Shown piece by piece: positions 31,285 to 36,598 of a DNA stretch of 36,598 nucleotides (position 1 is its first letter; every line of letters starts with the position of its first letter). The position numbers and the translations under genes were made by a program. The notes below the pieces were generated by a model. The model did no database searches, was not told the DNA's origin, and was given only the letters and a program-made list of their open reading frames with translations. This DNA is from Teseptimavirus T7. The stretch is from sequence record PP384396.1; one strand, given 5' to 3'.

Positions 31285-32946
31285 ATGGCTAACGTAATTA
31301 AAACCGTTTTGACTTACCAGTTAGATGGCTCCAATCGTGATTTTAATATCCCGTTTGAGTATCTAGCCCGTAAGTTCGTAGTGGTAACTCTTATTGGTGT
31401 AGACCGAAAGGTCCTTACGATTAATACAGACTATCGCTTTGCTACACGTACTACTATCTCTCTGACAAAGGCTTGGGGTCCAGCCGATGGCTACACGACC
31501 ATCGAGTTACGTCGAGTAACCTCCACTACCGACCGATTGGTTGACTTTACGGATGGTTCAATCCTCCGCGCGTATGACCTTAACGTCGCTCAGATTCAAA
31601 CGATGCACGTAGCGGAAGAGGCCCGTGACCTCACTACGGATACTATCGGTGTCAATAACGATGGTCACTTGGATGCTCGTGGTCGTCGAATTGTGAACCT
31701 AGCGAACGCCGTGGATGACCGCGATGCTGTTCCGTTTGGTCAACTAAAGACCATGAACCAGAACTCATGGCAAGCACGTAATGAAGCCTTACAGTTCCGT
31801 AATGAGGCTGAGACTTTCAGAAACCAAGCGGAGGGCTTTAAGAACGAGTCCAGTACCAACGCTACGAACACAAAGCAGTGGCGCGATGAGACCAAGGGTT
31901 TCCGAGACGAAGCCAAGCGGTTCAAGAATACGGCTGGTCAATACGCTACATCTGCTGGGAACTCTGCTTCCGCTGCGCATCAATCTGAGGTAAACGCTGA
32001 GAACTCTGCCACAGCATCCGCTAACTCTGCTCATTTGGCAGAACAGCAAGCAGACCGTGCGGAACGTGAGGCAGACAAGCTGGAAAATTACAATGGATTG
32101 GCTGGTGCAATTGATAAGGTAGATGGAACCAATGTGTACTGGAAAGGAAATATTCACGCTAACGGGCGCCTTTACATGACCACAAACGGTTTTGACTGTG
32201 GCCAGTATCAACAGTTCTTTGGTGGTGTCACTAATCGTTACTCTGTCATGGAGTGGGGAGATGAGAACGGATGGCTGATGTATGTTCAACGTAGAGAGTG
32301 GACAACAGCGATAGGCGGTAACATCCAGTTAGTAGTAAACGGACAGATCATCACCCAAGGTGGAGCCATGACCGGTCAGCTAAAATTGCAGAATGGGCAT
32401 GTTCTTCAATTAGAGTCCGCATCCGACAAGGCGCACTATATTCTATCTAAAGATGGTAACAGGAATAACTGGTACATTGGTAGAGGGTCAGATAACAACA
32501 ATGACTGTACCTTCCACTCCTATGTACATGGTACGACCTTAACACTCAAGCAGGACTATGCAGTAGTTAACAAACACTTCCACGTAGGTCAGGCCGTTGT
32601 GGCCACTGATGGTAATATTCAAGGTACTAAGTGGGGAGGTAAATGGCTGGATGCTTACCTACGTGACAGCTTCGTTGCGAAGTCCAAGGCGTGGACTCAG
32701 GTGTGGTCTGGTAGTGCTGGCGGTGGGGTAAGTGTGACTGTTTCACAGGATCTCCGCTTCCGCAATATCTGGATTAAGTGTGCCAACAACTCTTGGAACT
32801 TCTTCCGTACTGGCCCCGATGGAATCTACTTCATAGCCTCTGATGGTGGATGGTTACGATTCCAAATACACTCCAACGGTCTCGGATTCAAGAATATTGC
32901 AGACAGACGTTCTGTACCTAATGCAATCATGGTGGAGAACGAGTAA
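31285..32946 (+). CDS. 17: Tail fiber protein gp17
   Basis: 553-aa ORF MANVIKTVLTYQLDGSNRDFNIPFEYLARKFVVVTLIGVDRKVL. Confidence 0.97.
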   Translation: MANVIKTVLTYQLDGSNRDFNIPFEYLARKFVVVTLIGVDRKVLTINTDYRFATRTTISLTKAWGPADGYTTIELRRVTSTTDRLVDFTDGSILRAYDLNVAQIQTMHVAEEARDLTTDTIGVNNDGHLDARGRRIVNLANAVDDRDAVPFGQLKTMNQNSWQARNEALQFRNEAETFRNQAEGFKNESSTNATNTKQWRDETKGFRDEAKRFKNTAGQYATSAGNSASAAHQSEVNAENSATASANSAHLAEQQADRAEREADKLENYNGLAGAIDKVDGTNVYWKGNIHANGRLYMTTNGFDCGQYQQFFGGVTNRYSVMEWGDENGWLMYVQRREWTTAIGGNIQLVVNGQIITQGGAMTGQLKLQNGHVLQLESASDKAHYILSKDGNRNNWYIGRGSDNNNDCTFHSYVHGTTLTLKQDYAVVNKHFHVGQAVVATDGNIQGTKWGGKWLDAYLRDSFVAKSKAWTQVWSGSAGGGVSVTVSQDLRFRNIWIKCANNSWNFFRTGPDGIYFIASDGGWLRFQIHSNGLGFKNIADRRSVPNAIMVENE

Positions 32947-33004
32947 TTGGTAAATCACAAGGAAAGACGTGTAGTCCACGGATGGACTCTCAAGGAGGTA
33001 CAAG

Positions 33005-33208
33005 GTGCTATCATTAGACTTTAACAACGAATTGATTAAGGCTGCTCCAATTGTTGGGACGGGTGTAGCAGATGTTAGTGCTCGACTGTTCTTTGGGTTA
33101 AGCCTTAACGAATGGTTCTACGTTGCTGCTATCGCCTACACAGTGGTTCAGATTGGTGCCAAGGTAGTCGATAAGATGATTGACTGGAAGAAAGCCAATA
33201 AGGAGTGA
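33005..33208 (+). CDS. 17.5: Holin gp17.5
   Basis: 67-aa product with one hydrophobic segment (LNEWFYVAAIAYTVVQIGAKVV); GTG start after SD AAGGAGG. Confidence 0.85.
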   Translation: MLSLDFNNELIKAAPIVGTGVADVSARLFFGLSLNEWFYVAAIAYTVVQIGAKVVDKMIDWKKANKE

Positions 33209-33213
33209 TATGT

Positions 33214-33483
33214 ATGGAAAAGGATAAGAGCCTTATTACATTCTTAGAGATGTTGGACACTGCGATGGCTCAGCGTATGCTTGCGGACCTTTCGGACCAT
33301 GAGCGTCGCTCTCCGCAACTCTATAATGCTATTAACAAACTGTTAGACCGCCACAAGTTCCAGATTGGTAAGTTGCAGCCGGATGTTCACATCTTAGGTG
33401 GCCTTGCTGGTGCTCTTGAAGAGTACAAAGAGAAAGTCGGTGATAACGGTCTTACGGATGATGATATTTACACATTACAGTGA
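33214..33483 (+). CDS. 18: Terminase small subunit (DNA maturation protein A) gp18
   Basis: 89-aa product MEKDKSLITFLEMLDTAMAQRMLADLSDHERR; ATG 33214. Confidence 0.9.
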   Translation: MEKDKSLITFLEMLDTAMAQRMLADLSDHERRSPQLYNAINKLLDRHKFQIGKLQPDVHILGGLAGALEEYKEKVGDNGLTDDDIYTLQ

Positions 33484-33486
33484 TAT

Positions 33487-33520
33487 ACTCAAGGCCACTA
33501 CAGATAGTGGTCTTTATGGA
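33487..33520 (+). promoter_or_regulatory. RNase III processing hairpin R18.5
   Basis: actcaaggccactacagatagtggtctttatgga: conserved motif plus perfect inverted repeat ccactacagatagtgg. Confidence 0.6.
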
Positions 33521-33577
33521 TGTCATTGTCTATACGAGATGCTCCTACGTGAAATCTGAAAGTTAACGGGAGGCATT

Positions 33578-34009
33578 ATGCTAGAATTTTTACGTAAGCT
33601 AATCCCTTGGGTTCTCGCTGGGATGCTATTCGGGTTAGGATGGCATCTAGGGTCAGACTCAATGGACGCTAAATGGAAACAGGAGGTACACAATGAGTAC
33701 GTTAAGAGAGTTGAGGCTGCGAAGAGCACTCAAAGAGCAATCGATGCGGTATCTGCTAAGTATCAAGAAGACCTTGCCGCGCTGGAAGGGAGCACTGATA
33801 GGATTATTTCTGATTTGCGTAGCGACAATAAGCGGTTGCGCGTCAGAGTCAAAACTACCGGAACCTCCGATGGTCAGTGTGGATTCGAGCCTGATGGTCG
33901 AGCCGAACTTGACGACCGAGATGCTAAACGTATTCTCGCAGTGACCCAGAAGGGTGACGCATGGATTCGTGCGTTACAGGATACTATTCGTGAACTGCAA
34001 CGTAAGTAG
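33578..34009 (+). CDS. 18.5: i-spanin (Rz-like inner membrane lysis protein) gp18.5
   Basis: 143-aa ORF with N-terminal transmembrane segment (LIPWVLAGMLFGLGWHLG) and charged coiled-coil-like remainder. Confidence 0.85.
   Translation: MLEFLRKLIPWVLAGMLFGLGWHLGSDSMDAKWKQEVHNEYVKRVEAAKSTQRAIDAVSAKYQEDLAALEGSTDRIISDLRSDNKRLRVRVKTTGTSDGQCGFEPDGRAELDDRDAKRILAVTQKGDAWIRALQDTIRELQRK
33693..33944 (+). CDS. 18.7: o-spanin (Rz1-like outer membrane lipoprotein) gp18.7, nested inside 18.5
   Basis: 83-aa ORF wholly inside 18.5 in another frame; lipoprotein-type signal ending LICVATISGCASES (lipobox-like ISGC). Confidence 0.8.
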   Translation: MSTLRELRLRRALKEQSMRYLLSIKKTLPRWKGALIGLFLICVATISGCASESKLPEPPMVSVDSSLMVEPNLTTEMLNVFSQ

Positions 34010-34030
34010 GAAATCAAGTAAGGAGGCAAT

Positions 34031-35791
34031 GTGTCTACTCAATCCAATCGTAATGCGCTCGTAGTGGCGCAACTGAAAGGAGACTTCGTGGCGTTCCTAT
34101 TCGTCTTATGGAAGGCGCTAAACCTACCGGTGCCCACTAAGTGTCAGATTGACATGGCTAAGGTGCTGGCGAATGGAGACAACAAGAAGTTCATCTTACA
34201 GGCTTTCCGTGGTATCGGTAAGTCGTTCATCACATGTGCGTTCGTTGTGTGGTCCTTATGGAGAGACCCTCAGTTGAAGATACTTATCGTATCAGCCTCT
34301 AAGGAGCGTGCAGACGCTAACTCCATCTTTATTAAGAACATCATTGACCTGCTGCCATTCCTATCTGAGTTAAAGCCAAGACCCGGACAGCGTGACTCGG
34401 TAATCAGCTTTGATGTAGGCCCAGCCAATCCTGACCACTCTCCTAGTGTGAAATCAGTAGGTATCACTGGTCAGTTAACTGGTAGCCGTGCTGACATTAT
34501 CATTGCGGATGACGTTGAGATTCCGTCTAACAGCGCAACTATGGGTGCCCGTGAGAAGCTATGGACTCTGGTTCAGGAGTTCGCTGCGTTACTTAAACCG
34601 CTGCCTTCCTCTCGCGTTATCTACCTTGGTACACCTCAGACAGAGATGACTCTCTATAAGGAACTTGAGGATAACCGTGGGTACACAACCATTATCTGGC
34701 CTGCTCTGTACCCAAGGACACGTGAAGAGAACCTCTATTACTCACAGCGTCTTGCTCCTATGTTACGCGCTGAGTACGATGAGAACCCTGAGGCACTTGC
34801 TGGGACTCCAACAGACCCAGTGCGCTTTGACCGTGATGACCTGCGCGAGCGTGAGTTGGAATACGGTAAGGCTGGCTTTACGCTACAGTTCATGCTTAAC
34901 CCTAACCTTAGTGATGCCGAGAAGTACCCGCTGAGGCTTCGTGACGCTATCGTAGCGGCCTTAGACTTAGAGAAGGCCCCAATGCATTACCAGTGGCTTC
35001 CGAACCGTCAGAACATCATTGAGGACCTTCCTAACGTTGGCCTTAAGGGTGATGACCTGCATACGTACCACGATTGTTCCAACAACTCAGGTCAGTACCA
35101 ACAGAAGATTCTGGTCATTGACCCTAGTGGTCGCGGTAAGGACGAAACAGGTTACGCTGTGCTGTACACACTGAACGGTTACATCTACCTTATGGAAGCT
35201 GGAGGTTTCCGTGATGGCTACTCCGATAAGACCCTTGAGTTACTCGCTAAGAAGGCAAAGCAATGGGGAGTCCAGACGGTTGTCTACGAGAGTAACTTCG
35301 GTGACGGTATGTTCGGTAAGGTATTCAGTCCTATCCTTCTTAAACACCACAACTGTGCGATGGAAGAGATTCGTGCCCGTGGTATGAAAGAGATGCGTAT
35401 TTGCGATACCCTTGAGCCAGTCATGCAGACTCACCGCCTTGTAATTCGTGATGAGGTCATTAGGGCCGACTACCAGTCCGCTCGTGACGTAGACGGTAAG
35501 CATGACGTTAAGTACTCGTTGTTCTACCAGATGACCCGTATCACTCGTGAGAAAGGCGCTCTGGCTCATGATGACCGATTGGATGCCCTTGCGTTAGGCA
35601 TTGAGTATCTCCGTGAGTCCATGCAGTTGGATTCCGTTAAGGTCGAGGGTGAAGTACTTGCTGACTTCCTTGAGGAACACATGATGCGTCCTACGGTTGC
35701 TGCTACGCATATCATTGAGATGTCTGTGGGAGGAGTTGATGTGTACTCTGAGGACGATGAGGGTTACGGTACGTCTTTCATTGAGTGGTGA
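34031..35791 (+). CDS. 19: Terminase large subunit (DNA maturation protein B) gp19
   Basis: 586-aa ORF; GTG start after SD AAGGAGG; Walker A-like AFRGIGKSF; nuclease-type C-terminal half. Confidence 0.95.
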
Positions 35792-35872
35792 TTTATGCAT
35801 TAGGACTGCATAGGGATGCACTATAGACCACGGATGGTCAGTTCTTTAAGTTACTGAAAAGACACGATAAAT

Positions 35873-35895
35873 TAATACGACTCACTATAGGGAGA
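35873..35895 (+). promoter_or_regulatory. T7 promoter phiOR (right replication-associated promoter)
   Basis: TAATACGACTCACTATAGGGAGA; +1 at 35890. Confidence 0.9.
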
Positions 35896-36049
35896 GGAGG
35901 GACGAAAGGTTACTATATAGATACTGAATGAATACTTATAGAGTGCATAAAGTATGCATAATGGTGTACCTAGAGTGACCTCTAAGAATGGTGATTATAT
36001 TGTATTAGTATCACCTTAACTTAAGGACCAACATAAAGGGAGGAGACTC

Positions 36050-36199
36050 ATGTTCCGCTTATTGTTGAACCTACTGCGGCATAGAGTCACCTACCGATTT
36101 CTTGTGGTACTTTGTGCTGCCCTTGGGTACGCATCTCTTACTGGAGACCTCAGTTCACTGGAGTCTGTCGTTTGCTCTATACTCACTTGTAGCGATTAG
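36050..36199 (+). CDS. 19.5: gp19.5, small hydrophobic protein
   Basis: 49-codon frame MFRLLLNLLRHRVTYRFLVVLCAALGYASLTGDLSSLESVVCSILTCSD preceded by SD GGGAGGAG. Confidence 0.7.
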   Translation: MFRLLLNLLRHRVTYRFLVVLCAALGYASLTGDLSSLESVVCSILTCSD

Positions 36200-36239
36200 G
36201 GTCTTCCTGACCGACTGATGGCTCACCGAGGGATTCAGC

Positions 36240-36438
36240 GGTATGATTGCATCACACCACTTCATCCCTATAGAGTCAAGTCCTAAGGTATACCCATAAA
36301 GAGCCTCTAATGGTCTATCCTAAGGTCTATACCTAAAGATAGGCCATCCTATCAGTGTCACCTAAAGAGGGTCTTAGAGAGGGCCTATGGAGTTCCTATA
36401 GGGTCCTTTAAAATATACCATAAAAATCTGAGTGACTA
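36240..36438. repeat. Right-end array of short CCTAAAG-type repeats next to the terminal repeat
   Basis: tcctaagg, cctaaggtcta, acctaaagat, cacctaaagag etc. in the last 200 bp before the terminal repeat. Confidence 0.6.
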
Positions 36439-36598
36439 TCTCACAGTGTACGGACCTAAAGTTCCCCCATAGGGGGTACCTAAAGCCCAGCCAATCACCT
36501 AAAGTCAACCTTCGGTTGACCTTGAGGGTTCCCTAAGGGTTGGGGATGACCCTTGGGTTTGTCTTTGGGTGTTACCTTGAGTGTCTCTCTGTGTCCCT
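36439..36598. repeat. Right direct terminal repeat (160 bp)
   Basis: Identical to 1..160. Confidence 0.97.

Overview
This window is a complete, colinear bacteriophage T7 genome (36,598 bp) that has been engineered: it carries a synthetic mCherry reporter cassette and lacks three blocks of non-essential genes. I found no undescribed natural system; what is unusual here is man-made. Identical 160-bp direct terminal repeats sit at 1..160 and 36439..36598. Every gene is on the + strand in canonical T7 order (0.3 ocr, 0.7 kinase, gene 1 RNA polymerase, replication genes 2.5-6, structural genes 8-17, lysis and packaging genes 17.5-19.5), with host sigma70 promoters A1-A3, T7 promoters and the Tphi terminator recognisable by sequence. 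Against canonical T7 (39,937 bp, coordinates recalled from memory, not aligned) the differences are: (1) a 791-bp pure insertion at 19992..20782 between capsid gene 10A and Tphi, made of a duplicated phi10 promoter and leader driving a GC-rich mCherry ORF; it overwrites the C-terminus of the 10B frameshift product and creates a ~78-bp direct repeat flanking gene 10A. (2) A deletion of about 2.9 kb removing genes 1.1 to most of 1.8 (including DNA ligase 1.3 and dGTPase inhibitor 1.2) plus phi1.1B and the primary origin region, with its junction near 5891..5912. (3) A 268-bp deletion of the 5' part of gene 3.8, leaving a start-less remnant. (4) A 927-bp deletion of genes 4.3-4.7 between genes 4 and 5. 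(5) A probable net +1 nt between genes 0.6A and 0.7. The arithmetic closes exactly (39,937 + 1 - 2,936 - 268 - 927 + 791 = 36,598), so no other net indels are expected. There is no tRNA, CRISPR array, integrase or transposase. All breakpoints and the strain identity rest on recalled reference coordinates and need an alignment to confirm.
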